Positions 26,614-36,416 of a stretch of DNA of 64,000 bases are shown here, piece by piece. The notes under the pieces are model-generated. The model was not told the origin of the DNA. It saw nothing but the letters and a program-made list of their open reading frames with translations, and did not search any database. The position numbers and the translations under genes were made by a program. Source of the stretch: an uncultured candidate division Zixibacteria bacterium (GTDB lineage Bacteria; Zixibacteria; MSB-5A5; GN15; FEB-12); assembly GCA_963735035.1 (NCBI GenBank), contig CAVTJJ010000006.1, positions 64,001 through 128,000 of the forward strand, written 5' to 3'. Every line of letters begins with the position of its first letter. Position 1 is the first letter of the stretch.

Positions 26614-28740
26614 ATGCTCAAGAACCTCAGTATTGGATGGAAACTAGGCCTCGGTCTTGGCCTCGTAGTCCTTTGCATGGTGCTGGTCAACGGCATCACA
26701 TATTTTGGCCTCCAAAGCATCAACAAAAATGTCGTCCTGACCTCTCAAGCGGGTGCCGATCGGGCGTTCGCCATCGAGAAGGAAGTCGATCACCTTAAGT
26801 GGATGGCAGGACTCTGTGAGCTCTGGCTGGATCCGAACGCCACCGGTGTGACTGTGCAAACGGATGATCACAAATGCGGTCTCGGCAAGTGGCTTTTTTC
26901 CGAGGAGACCCGGAAGCTGGCCGAAACCGATCCGGAGCTGGGGACACTCTTGAAGGCGATGGAGGCGCCGCATTTCCGGCTGCACTCGTCGGCTGCGAAG
27001 ATCAATGACATCTACAAGGGCTTCGGAACCTACGCCATGACCCCGCCCGAAGAACGTAAGCAGGCATCATTCGCGGTGTTTTTGAGCGAAACCAAGCCGG
27101 CCGTGACGGAGACCCAGCAACGACTCGGAGAATTGAAGGATTTCTTCTCCAATCGCTCCAAGACCCTGGAGGGCGAGATCGAATCACAAATTGCCACTTC
27201 AGTGACGGTCCTTGTGACGCTTTCGATACTTGCCGCTCTACTCGGCGCGGGAGCGGGTTGGTTCGCTATCCGTAGCGTAACCGGTCCGATCAGTCGCGTG
27301 GTCAAAGCTACCGAGGCCATGAACCGCGAGTTCGCCGGTATGGAGACGGTGATCGAGGCCATCGCCGCAAACGATCTGACCAAAGACGTGGCCGAGTCGC
27401 AAATCCAGCGGATAGGGGTGACTTCCCGCGATGAAATCGGCCGCCTCGTTGAAAGCATCGAAGACACTATCGCGTGCCGGGATCGGATGGGGGTATCTGT
27501 CCGGCGTATGGTCACCAGTCTCAACAACATGGTCCGACAACTTTCCGATAATGCCCGAGAGCTGGTTTCGGCGGCCACCCAGGTAGCGTCGACGTCAGAG
27601 CAAATGTCGAATGGAGCGCATAGGCAGACGGCGCAGGTAACTCAAGTTTCGAGCGCCGTTGAAGAAATGACCGCCACCATCATCGGATCATCGAAGAACG
27701 CCGGCGACGCTTCGGAGACCGCCGGCAGCGCATCTCAGACCGCCATTCAGGGCGGCGAGGTTGTAAGCCAGACGATTCTGGGAATGCAGAAGATCGCCGA
27801 CACGGTCAGGGAATCAGCTGACTCAATCGGCAAACTGGCCAAGTCGGCCGAGCAGATTGGCGCTATTATCAACGTCATCGATGACATCGCTGACCAGACC
27901 AACCTTCTCGCTCTCAACGCCGCCATCGAGGCCGCTCGCGCCGGCGAGCAGGGGCGCGGATTTGCAGTCGTAGCCGACGAAGTGCGCAAATTGGCCGAGC
28001 GCACCGGCAAGGCCACCGGCGAGATCACCGCCATGATCAAAGGAATACAGGTTCAGACCGACGACGCCGTCAAGTCGATGCAGAGCGGTATCCAGCAGGT
28101 TGAGAAAGGCCGCATGCTGGCCGACCAGGCGGGTAATTCCCTGAACGAGATCGTGACCATGTCTCAGAAGGTCATGGACATGATCCAGCAGATAGCTTCG
28201 TCGACCGCCGAGCAGTCCACGGCCGCCGAAGAAATATCGCGCACCATTGAGCTGGTGGCTTCAATCAGCGACGAATCAGCCACCGGAGCCGAGCAGTCCG
28301 CGTCGGCCGCCGAACAATTGAATCGCCAGGCCGAAGGACTTCAACAGATGGTGGCATCGTTCCAGCTTCGGAGCGGTGACTCCGGTATCGTCGAGTTGGC
28401 CAAGCAGGATCACATGCTGTACATAAAGAAGCTGGAGCAAGTTGTACGGCGACCTGAATCAGCCGCCAATTGGAAGACGGTCGACCATCACAACTGCCGC
28501 TTCGGCAAGTGGTACTACTCGGCCGCTACGACCGGGATGCGGGGCGATAACGCCTATCGCTGTCTCGAGGATCCCCACGCCAAGGTACACGAATTTGCCA
28601 ACCGGGCAGTCGAAGCAGTCAAGGCGTCGCGAGATGAGCAAGCAGCTCAACTAAGTGAGCAAGCGCATCAGGCCTCGCATGAAGTGGTGACAAAATTGGC
28701 CGAACTGGCCGAGCACATGAGTGCCAACGTAGGAAAGTAG
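26614..28740 (+). CDS. Methyl-accepting chemotaxis protein with two CZB (zinc-binding) domains
   Basis: Two TM helices, HAMP-like region, [40 protein letters not shown] signalling hairpin. CZB motifs DHLKW...HKCGLGKW...PHFRLH and DHMLY...HNCRFGKW...PHAKVH. Confidence 0.93.
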   Translation: MLKNLSIGWKLGLGLGLVVLCMVLVNGITYFGLQSINKNVVLTSQAGADRAFAIEKEVDHLKWMAGLCELWLDPNATGVTVQTDDHKCGLGKWLFSEETRKLAETDPELGTLLKAMEAPHFRLHSSAAKINDIYKGFGTYAMTPPEERKQASFAVFLSETKPAVTETQQRLGELKDFFSNRSKTLEGEIESQIATSVTVLVTLSILAALLGAGAGWFAIRSVTGPISRVVKATEAMNREFAGMETVIEAIAANDLTKDVAESQIQRIGVTSRDEIGRLVESIEDTIACRDRMGVSVRRMVTSLNNMVRQLSDNARELVSAATQVASTSEQMSNGAHRQTAQVTQVSSAVEEMTATIIGSSKNAGDASETAGSASQTAIQGGEVVSQTILGMQKIADTVRESADSIGKLAKSAEQIGAIINVIDDIADQTNLLALNAAIEAARAGEQGRGFAVVADEVRKLAERTGKATGEITAMIKGIQVQTDDAVKSMQSGIQQVEKGRMLADQAGNSLNEIVTMSQKVMDMIQQIASSTAEQSTAAEEISRTIELVASISDESATGAEQSASAAEQLNRQAEGLQQMVASFQLRSGDSGIVELAKQDHMLYIKKLEQVVRRPESAANWKTVDHHNCRFGKWYYSAATTGMRGDNAYRCLEDPHAKVHEFANRAVEAVKASRDEQAAQLSEQAHQASHEVVTKLAELAEHMSANVGK

Positions 28741-28792
28741 TCAACTCGTCCCATGTCTGATCATGATGCCTGAATCATGATCTCGCGCATCG

Positions 28793-28833
28793 GCCGGGGC
28801 GCACGGAGTTCAAGCTCCGGCGTCCCGGCTTTT
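28793..28833. terminator. Terminator between the convergent MCP and amrB-amrA genes
   Basis: GCCGGGGCGC-A-CGGAG...CTCCG-GCGTCCCGGC-TTTT. Confidence 0.7.
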
Positions 28834-28842
28834 CATTTCTGA

Positions 28843-30327
28843 TCAATGCTTCGTCTCACCGAACACAATTGCCTGGAATTTCTGAATTACGGCGTCGGGT
28901 GATTTGTAGGCGTCGAACGGGAGACCCGCTTTCTCGCAGGTATGCTGCAAGAACTGATCGCGAGTCCAATTGTATTCAGTGGCTACCTGCGGCAGGAGCA
29001 GACCGCGACGCCCGCCCAGAGAGATCATCAGGCCGTCGCGTCCAACTTCGATTTCGTCGAGCGACTTCACGGTTTGCAGTGGGGTCAGAACCGAAATCTC
29101 GATGTGCAATGAGGCCACTTCCGACGCCGTCACCGGGGGAAACCGGGGATCATCTACTGCGGCACTGATCGCGCACTCGGACACCGTTTTCCAGAGCGTC
29201 TGAATCGCCTGCGTGTAACCGATGCAGCCGCGAAGCTGGCCGTTCTCGGTCAGCGTGACAAACGCCGCACCGAGCGCCTTGAGGGTGTCCGATACGGAAT
29301 ACGTCGGCTGTGGTTTTCCGGTCAAATGATTCTCGATAGAACGCCGGGCGATATCCAAAAGAGTGGTCCGATCGAGCTCGGTCGGGTAAACGTCTTTCGC
29401 GGCTGGGGTTTCGCTTCGTGGAGTCTTAGCCTCTGATGATTTGTAGATCGCCGCAGCCAGATACCCAACGACACTCTTCCTGTCGCCGGTGAGATCACCC
29501 GAATCGCCGTACTTGAGTATCTTCACTTTGTTGGCGCCGCGGGCGACGGCCGCGTGCAGGACTGCCGCTACCGAGCCGCCGCCACAGGCTTCGGTGCCCC
29601 CGGTGCCGAGAAGCCGTTCCAAACGATCAGCATCGAGCGCTTTCACGCACTCGATGCCTGTCGAATCGAGCGGCCACCCTTCCGAGGCGGGGCGATAATG
29701 CTGCCAGTCCGAAGCGGCAATCAGGATGGTATGACCGTCGTTCGGCAGAGCCGCCAGGGCATCTCCGAGGACACGAATAGTCTCGTGACTCGGCTCTCCC
29801 ATGACCACAGGGACGATCGTGAAATTCTTGAGGACGGTCTGCAGATAGGGAAGCTGTACTTCGAGACAGTGCTCGGCCTGATGGGCTTCTTCGAGTACGC
29901 TGAAAGATCGGTTGAAACCTATCAACCGCTGACACAAAGAGTCGTTGCATTTCACGGATCCGAGCGGAGTGCGCCACTCTACTCCTGGGCCGTAAACGGA
30001 AAGGCCTCGAAAGGGGTACTGGTGGGACGGACCACACAGGACAACCGTTGTGGGTTGAGCCTTTTCGAGCAGCCTGTAGCTGTAAGCGGCGACCGGCCCG
30101 GAGTAGACCAGTCCGGCGTGGGGGACGATGAGGGCGATCAGTTCGCCGTCGATCTCATCGGATTTCGGCACTCCGGCGAGATGCTTGTGTATCATCGTGG
30201 CCAACTCGGTGGAGTCGGCCGGGTAGAACCCTCCAGCGACTGCGGGCTGGCGGACGACGGCGGTAGTGCTGTGTGGCGACAGAGCGGCGAGGGAGAAAAT
30301 GCAGGCGAAGATCAGGCTTGGTTTCAT
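28843..30327 (-). CDS. amrB: AmmeMemoRadiSam protein B-A fusion (Memo/AmrB + AMMECR1/AmrA) with an N-terminal signal peptide
   Basis: GGAGG RBS, MKPSLIFACIFSLAALSPHSTTA. Memo motifs RQPAVAGGFYP, PHAGLVYSG, GPSH, EHCLEVQLP, SDWQHY and ACG. AMMECR1 motifs AFVTL, LRGCIG, DPRF and GLLLPQV. Confidence 0.93.
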   Translation of the reverse strand: MKPSLIFACIFSLAALSPHSTTAVVRQPAVAGGFYPADSTELATMIHKHLAGVPKSDEIDGELIALIVPHAGLVYSGPVAAYSYRLLEKAQPTTVVLCGPSHQYPFRGLSVYGPGVEWRTPLGSVKCNDSLCQRLIGFNRSFSVLEEAHQAEHCLEVQLPYLQTVLKNFTIVPVVMGEPSHETIRVLGDALAALPNDGHTILIAASDWQHYRPASEGWPLDSTGIECVKALDADRLERLLGTGGTEACGGGSVAAVLHAAVARGANKVKILKYGDSGDLTGDRKSVVGYLAAAIYKSSEAKTPRSETPAAKDVYPTELDRTTLLDIARRSIENHLTGKPQPTYSVSDTLKALGAAFVTLTENGQLRGCIGYTQAIQTLWKTVSECAISAAVDDPRFPPVTASEVASLHIEISVLTPLQTVKSLDEIEVGRDGLMISLGGRRGLLLPQVATEYNWTRDQFLQHTCEKAGLPFDAYKSPDAVIQKFQAIVFGETKH

Positions 30328-30455
30328 AAAGGACCTCCGACTGTCATTATACATTGCCATCCGATGCCGGTCACGGGGAATTATGAAAGACTGAGATGAG
30401 ACTCTTGGTCCAATTCCCCTGTGGTATCGACCTTCAAATTCAGTATAATATCATT

Positions 30456-31379
30456 ATGAGCACGGTCGTAGTGGTGAAGCTCGCACAGGGGCTGGCCGAA
30501 AGTGGTGTCGATACGACAACGTACCGTCGCATGCTGGAAATCGGCCTGGCCGCGCTCGATTCAGCCTCTGATCTGAGGTCGTCCATTTCAAGCATCCTGC
30601 CGGCAGGGACTGTCGGCTTCAAGACCAACTGTCTCGCCCGGAAATTCAATTCCACCCCCGTGGCTTTGGTCGATGCCCTGACCGGCCTCCTGATCGACCA
30701 CGGTTTCGACGCCAACGATCTGGTCGTCTGGGAGCGCACCAGTCGGGAACTGGCCGATGCCGGCTACACGCTGAACGCCTCAGCCGATGGGGTTCGCTAT
30801 CTCGGCACTGACGCCAACGGGATCGGTTATGCGACCGAGTTCAGCACCCACGGTCCAGTAAGTTCGCTGGTGACCCACATTCTCACTGACATGGTCGAGC
30901 AGAACGTCAACCTGCCCGTGCTCAAGGATCATTCGGTCGCCGGACTTTCGGCCGGGATGAAGAATATGTACGGGGCGATTCACAACCCGAACAAATTCCA
31001 CGCCGATTGTTGCGACCCGTTCTGCGCCCATGTCAACTATCTGGAGCCGATTCGCAGCAAACACCGACTTACGATAATCGATGCCATTCGCGTACAATAT
31101 GACGGCGGTCCCGGTTATATGGCCCAGTACATGACCACGTTCGGTGCTTTAGTGCTTTCTCGCGATCCAGTCGCGGCCGACCGAATTGGGCTGGAGATAC
31201 TCGAACGACTGCGCAAAGATCACGGTCGTCCGACTCTGGCGAAAGCTGGGCGCGAAGTGAAATATCTGAAAACCGCCAAAGCAATCGGTCTCGGTGAATC
31301 GGAGATGGAACAGATCGATTTGAAAGTCATCGTAATAGACGAACTCGGCCAGGTTTCGGCCGGGGAGTTGTTCGGATGA
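30456..31379 (+). CDS. DUF362 domain protein
   Basis: VGFKTN, VWER, NLPVLKDH...AGMKNMYG and DPVAAD motifs; TATAAT 6 nt before the ATG. Confidence 0.85.
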   Translation: MSTVVVVKLAQGLAESGVDTTTYRRMLEIGLAALDSASDLRSSISSILPAGTVGFKTNCLARKFNSTPVALVDALTGLLIDHGFDANDLVVWERTSRELADAGYTLNASADGVRYLGTDANGIGYATEFSTHGPVSSLVTHILTDMVEQNVNLPVLKDHSVAGLSAGMKNMYGAIHNPNKFHADCCDPFCAHVNYLEPIRSKHRLTIIDAIRVQYDGGPGYMAQYMTTFGALVLSRDPVAADRIGLEILERLRKDHGRPTLAKAGREVKYLKTAKAIGLGESEMEQIDLKVIVIDELGQVSAGELFG

Positions 31380-32515
31380 AACGGCGCGATTTTCTTCGTT
31401 GTCTCGGGGCTGGTGCGGCGGTCGCCGGTATTTCAGAGACGCCGTTCTGGCCAAGCGTGCTCGGCGGAGTACAGAACGCTTATGCCTTCGACGTGACCGA
31501 CAAGCTGTCGTCGGTTGAGGCGCGTCATTACAAGAAGCTCGACGGCGGCGGGATCGAGTGCGGCGTTTGTCCGAGACACTGCCGGGTGACCGATCTGGAG
31601 CGCGGCTTCTGTGGCACGCGCGAGAATCGGGGCGACATCTACCACACGCTTGTGTACGGATTGCCCTGCTCGATGAACATCGATCCGATCGAGAAGAAGC
31701 CGTTCTTCCATTTCTATCCGGGGACAAGCGCCCTGTCGCTCGCGACCGCAGGGTGCAACGTCGACTGCAAGTTCTGCCAGAACTGGGAGATTTCACAATC
31801 GCGTCCGGAGCAGACTACCAACTACGAATTCTCGCCTCAGGAAGCGGTCGAAACTTGCCGCTTGCAACGGGTGCCGATCCTCGCCTACACCTACTCCGAG
31901 CCGGTGATATTCTACGAGTACATGTATGATATTGCCGAACTGGGCCACAAGAGTGGGATCAAATCGGTGATGGTCACCGGAGGCTATATCGAAGAAGTCC
32001 CATTGCGTGAACTCATGCCGCATCTGGATGCCATCAAGGTCGATCTCAAGTCGATTCGCGAAGCATACTACAAAGATGTCGTCCGTGGCGAACTCAAGCC
32101 GGTGCTGGACCGCCTGGTTCAAATGCGTAAAGCCGGCATTTGGCTGGAGCTGGTCAATCTGGTCGTACCAACATTGAATGATACCGATCAGGAATTCACC
32201 GAGATGGCTCGCTGGATCAAGACCAATCTGGGAACCGATGTGCCATTGCATTTCTCACGATTTCATCCGCAATATCTGCTCACCGGTCTGCCGATCACTC
32301 CGCAAGCGACATTGGAACGGGCGCACCAGATTTGCCGCTCCGAGGGGCTCGAATATGTTTATCTCGGCAATCTGCCGGGCAATCCTGCTGAATCGACATA
32401 TTGCCCCAAGTGCGGCGCCGTGCTGATAGAGCGTCGCGGATATCAGGTTCGCAAGCTTGGACTGACAGGCAACCAGTGCACAGCCTGTAAGCACGTCATT
32501 CCGGGTCGCTTCTGA
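31376..32515 (+). CDS. amrS: AmmeMemoRadiSam radical SAM enzyme with a twin-arginine signal peptide
   Basis: MKRRDFL...AYA signal, CGVCPRHC, DPIEKKPFFHFYPG, GCNVDCKFCQNWEISQ (CxxxCxxC), YTYSEP, LHFSRFHP, YVYLGN and TYCPKC. Confidence 0.95.
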   Translation: MKRRDFLRCLGAGAAVAGISETPFWPSVLGGVQNAYAFDVTDKLSSVEARHYKKLDGGGIECGVCPRHCRVTDLERGFCGTRENRGDIYHTLVYGLPCSMNIDPIEKKPFFHFYPGTSALSLATAGCNVDCKFCQNWEISQSRPEQTTNYEFSPQEAVETCRLQRVPILAYTYSEPVIFYEYMYDIAELGHKSGIKSVMVTGGYIEEVPLRELMPHLDAIKVDLKSIREAYYKDVVRGELKPVLDRLVQMRKAGIWLELVNLVVPTLNDTDQEFTEMARWIKTNLGTDVPLHFSRFHPQYLLTGLPITPQATLERAHQICRSEGLEYVYLGNLPGNPAESTYCPKCGAVLIERRGYQVRKLGLTGNQCTACKHVIPGRF

Positions 32516-34662
32516 TGAATCGGAACGCATTCCTGCTCGGGTTTCTCGCGACATCGGGTCAGGTCCTGTTACTTCGGGAGATCGTAACAGCTTTCGGGGG
32601 GACAGAACTGTTGATCGGCACGGCTCTGTTCGGTTGGCTGGTGTGGGTAGCGCTGGGTGCGCTTATCGGCGGGCGGACCGGTGCCAGAAACAATCCGCAA
32701 CTTCTACTCGTGGTGGGAGTGCTGATTCTCCCGCTTTCTTTAGTTGGCATCAGGCTACTGCCTGTACTCGTGACCAGCACGGTGGGGGAGATGGTGCCGA
32801 TGACAACCGCCTCGGCTCTGTCGATTCTGGTAGTCGGCCCAGTCGGACTTCTGTCCGGTCTGCTGTTTCCGGCGATTGCGAAAGAGGGGCGTGAAAGCGG
32901 CGAGGCGATTGCATCGGTCTATCTGTTCGAAGGCATCGGGGCGTTTGCTGCCGGACTGGTCACCACGGCTCTCATAAGCTTCTCAATCGGTAATCTAGGA
33001 ACGGCTATCATAGCGGGTGCGTTCGTCGGTTTGGTGACGGCGCTGAAATTCTCGAAACATCGTCTGCTGTCGGCAGCAGTGACAGTTGGTCTCGTCGCAA
33101 TTTTGGCCATGACCGGACTTGGGGCGGCGCTCGACCAACTGTGTGACCAATCGCGATATCCGGGCTATCTGGTCGAGCAATCATTTGATACCCCGTATGG
33201 TCATCAGACAATATTGTTACGCGACAGTTCAACAGTCCTCCTGACTGACAACGCCGTCGAAGCCGTCTTTCCTGACCTGGAACGGGCCGAAAACCTGTTG
33301 GTAGCGCCCTTGGCGTACTGCCCGAAAGCGGCGACGGTCTTGTTCATCGGTCGCGCCGAGTTTGGCCTGGAGCAATTGGCGTTGAAGATCCCGAACCTGC
33401 ATCTCAAATCGATAGATCCCCGCGCCCAAATCTATAGTCCCCTGGAATTGACTCAGGCACGGGTCGCTGTTCGAATCCAAGACGACCCGGTAGCATATTT
33501 GAGTCGTTCGTCGGCCGATACTTTCGATATCATCACCATAGGCCTTGGCCGTTTGGATTCGTACCGCACCTCAAGGTTGATCACACCCGAATTCCTGCAG
33601 AAGGTCAAGAAACATCTGAAACCCGACGGCGTCCTGCTGCTGGCCACATCGTTTGATACCGACCGTTATCTGACCGCGGAAACCGGCGCATCCCTTGCAA
33701 TAGTCACCCGCACTGTCGGCGAAGCATTTCCAAAGATGACCGTCTGGCCGGGCAACACGACGCTTGTCTTTGCCTCAGAACAAAATGATTTGGTCCTGGG
33801 CGTAGATTCTATTCAATCGCGGATTGCCCAAGTGACCTATCGTCCGGAATACGTGAGCGAGTTCTATCTGCCGGAACGTCTGGGCGAGCTGAAGCGAGAG
33901 CGTCTCCAGCGCGCGATAGCTGTGTCATCTTCTGACAATCGTGTTGACCGTCCCGTTCTTGCCACTGCCGAGGCCTGGCATCGCGCCCGGGCGAGCGCTT
34001 ATGATCAGAAATTGGCCGACATTGCATATCGGCACACGCTCTGGTTGTTCCTGATCCCCATATCTCTGATTGTGTTCTTTATTTGGTCTGCGCGGGATCG
34101 GACGCAGGGGCGAATCGGATTACTATTCTATTTCATTGCTGGGGTTGTCTCACTCTCTTTGGAATTGATATCGTTCTACTTGTTTCAGTCCATGGCGGGT
34201 TCGCTCTATACTCACCTGGCGGTATTAATTGGAGTCTTCATGCTCGGCCTGGCGGTGGGGACGTGGTTTGGATCGCGGACAGTCGGGCTCGGAATTGGCT
34301 GGTTGTCGCTATCTACTTTGGCGGCGGCGACCGTAATATTCGCACTGACGTGGAGATTGGTTCCCTCGGAGTTGGCACTCGTATACCATACGATGTTTCT
34401 CCTGGTTGTTGCGCTGGCCACCGGGACTCTCTTTGTAGCGGCCACACGTCACTATTACTCAGGATTCACTAGTCGAAGTCGTGGGACAGGGTATGCGGTG
34501 GAGTTGGCCGGTTCGGCATGTGGGGCGCTGCTTACAACGGGCGTGCTCTTGCCAATAATAGGCGTGAACTTGCTCATATGTGCGTTGGCATTGTTGACAA
34601 TTGCAGCGCTGGCGATACATCTTGGACTGGGCAAGACGAACGAAATGTCCAGGAGCGTGTAA
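32515..34662 (+). CDS. Fused multi-TM (MFS-like)/spermidine synthase-like membrane protein
   Basis: QVLLLRE..FGGTEL first TM block, DTPYGHQ, central Rossmann-like VLFIG/DIIT/EFLQKVKKHLKPDG, DNRVDRP, then a second TM block with FQSMAGSLY and YAVELAGS. Confidence 0.85.
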   Translation: MNRNAFLLGFLATSGQVLLLREIVTAFGGTELLIGTALFGWLVWVALGALIGGRTGARNNPQLLLVVGVLILPLSLVGIRLLPVLVTSTVGEMVPMTTASALSILVVGPVGLLSGLLFPAIAKEGRESGEAIASVYLFEGIGAFAAGLVTTALISFSIGNLGTAIIAGAFVGLVTALKFSKHRLLSAAVTVGLVAILAMTGLGAALDQLCDQSRYPGYLVEQSFDTPYGHQTILLRDSSTVLLTDNAVEAVFPDLERAENLLVAPLAYCPKAATVLFIGRAEFGLEQLALKIPNLHLKSIDPRAQIYSPLELTQARVAVRIQDDPVAYLSRSSADTFDIITIGLGRLDSYRTSRLITPEFLQKVKKHLKPDGVLLLATSFDTDRYLTAETGASLAIVTRTVGEAFPKMTVWPGNTTLVFASEQNDLVLGVDSIQSRIAQVTYRPEYVSEFYLPERLGELKRERLQRAIAVSSSDNRVDRPVLATAEAWHRARASAYDQKLADIAYRHTLWLFLIPISLIVFFIWSARDRTQGRIGLLFYFIAGVVSLSLELISFYLFQSMAGSLYTHLAVLIGVFMLGLAVGTWFGSRTVGLGIGWLSLSTLAAATVIFALTWRLVPSELALVYHTMFLLVVALATGTLFVAATRHYYSGFTSRSRGTGYAVELAGSACGALLTTGVLLPIIGVNLLICALALLTIAALAIHLGLGKTNEMSRSV

Positions 34663-35091
34663 TTGACAAGAGTAGAAGATGAATGCGCTGACGAAGCAGC
34701 GGTCACGAAAGTTATCGAGGCATCAATCGGCTGGGCGCTGACCAAGAACTTCGATCTGCTCTATAGCTCTCTGGCTCAGGATTCCAGACTCTTCATATAT
34801 CATCCCGACAGCGCCGGTACGATCTTAGGTTTCGAGGCCTTCAAGACCTACGCCGAGAGGCTTTTCCGGGGCGATCAATTCAAGGCCACGCGTTTCGAGA
34901 TCAAAGAACTTCGCATCAATATATCGGCCACCGGGGAAACGGCCTGGTACTCCTGTTTGCTGGATGATTTCGGAGAATGGAACGGCCAGCCGGGCGGCTG
35001 GGAAAACTGCCGTTGGACCGGGGTGTTGGAGAAGCGCGACAACAAATGGGTGATCGTCCAGATGCACTTCTCACTTGCGACTGATAAGTAA
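34663..35091 (+). CDS. Nuclear transport factor 2/SnoaL-like protein
   Basis: TAWYS...RWTGVLEKRDNKWVIVQMHFS C-terminal signature. Confidence 0.85.
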   Translation: MTRVEDECADEAAVTKVIEASIGWALTKNFDLLYSSLAQDSRLFIYHPDSAGTILGFEAFKTYAERLFRGDQFKATRFEIKELRINISATGETAWYSCLLDDFGEWNGQPGGWENCRWTGVLEKRDNKWVIVQMHFSLATDK

Positions 35092-35111
35092 CACGTGATG
35101 TTTCACATAAG

Positions 35112-35147
35112 AATGGGCGCCGGCCGGAATCGACAGGCGCCCATTTT
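35112..35147. terminator. Terminator between convergent genes
   Basis: AATGGGCGCC...GGCGCCCATT-TT inverted repeat. Confidence 0.65.
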
Positions 35148-35168
35148 CAAATTGAATTAACGAGAATC

Positions 35169-36056
35169 TTAGATGTCCATCTTGCCGGTGTACTTATCGG
35201 TGTGAGCGGGGCTGACACGCAATCTGTGCGCCGTCGCCCAGGCCTGCATCCCACTTTCAGCGTACGGAGCAATATCTTCAGCATAGATATACTGTCCGGC
35301 GCCCTGCAGGAAGTAGTAGGTCCAGGCGCCGTTCTGTAGGTCCGGAGCATCGTAAGAATACGTGCTGTTGGATGCGGTCGCGATGAAGCTTCCCGCGAGT
35401 CCGTCGCCCAGGAAATTACCGATCTTGCAGGCATCCATCGTCACCAGCACCTTTGTGCAGTTGGCGGAATTGATAATCGGCATGATATAGCCGTGAGGGA
35501 TGTAAAACAGATCGGTGCTGATGATCGACGACCCGTCGGTACCGTACTTGTTGCCATGGCCCGAATAGAAGAACGCGATTTCGTCACCCGGGACGGCGGA
35601 GGCCGCCAGCCACTGCAGGCCCGCCACAATCGCGTCGGCTGTGGCCGCACGGTCCACGTCCATTCTGATCGTAAAGCCCTGGCTTTGGAAATAAGCCCTC
35701 ATATCCTGGGCGTCGTCATCGCAGTATTGCAGGTCATTCGCCGTTCCTTCATAGTCAGATATCCCAACGATGTAGACATACTTGTGAGCCGGGTTGGGAT
35801 TCGGATCGGTGTTGCCACCCGGATCCGGCGGTGGCGGCTTGAGCAACTGGAATCTCTGATATTCCTCGGTCGGCTTCAAGACGTGAGCGTCAATCACCGC
35901 CTGTGGGCGGGTATCGATAAATTCAGGTCTCGCCACCAGCGTCATTGACTGGAAGTCCGGGCCGGGCAGGGTTGAGACGGTAGGAGCGTCTTTGCTACAT
36001 CCCGCGGCCAACATGAGCAGTACAACCGCTGAAAACATTAACAAGCGCAATCGCAT
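35169..36056 (-). CDS. Caspase family (peptidase C14) lipoprotein
   Basis: AAGGAGG RBS, lipobox LAAGC, VGISDY, LQYCDDDA, FFYSGHG (His) and MDAC (Cys). Confidence 0.9.
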   Translation of the reverse strand: MRLRLLMFSAVVLLMLAAGCSKDAPTVSTLPGPDFQSMTLVARPEFIDTRPQAVIDAHVLKPTEEYQRFQLLKPPPPDPGGNTDPNPNPAHKYVYIVGISDYEGTANDLQYCDDDAQDMRAYFQSQGFTIRMDVDRAATADAIVAGLQWLAASAVPGDEIAFFYSGHGNKYGTDGSSIISTDLFYIPHGYIMPIINSANCTKVLVTMDACKIGNFLGDGLAGSFIATASNSTYSYDAPDLQNGAWTYYFLQGAGQYIYAEDIAPYAESGMQAWATAHRLRVSPAHTDKYTGKMDI

Positions 36057-36416
36057 CGTGATACCTCCTTATACTGTACGTTTCGACATTACAACCCGGG
36101 TTCCGGTGAGGCGAAACCGGGATTCTATGCGTTTCACAGTAGCGTTCATCACTTGAGAGAGAACCGCGATGTTCCCGTATGGGCGTCTTCGAGCACAAAC
36201 TAAAGACAGTGGAGAGTCGAGGAGTCCTACCCCGGAGGGCACCGTCGTGAGTAAATAATAATCGCCGCCGGGGCCTAAGGCAACAAAAAACTCCACGTTT
36301 GACGTGGATGGCAAAGTCCTTGCCGGCTACGTTCGAGTTTCCCTCTAACTCAAACTTTCTTAGGCCGTTGACAGGTCTCCACAGAAACACTTGATTGGAC
36401 TTGTGAGAATCAAGTA

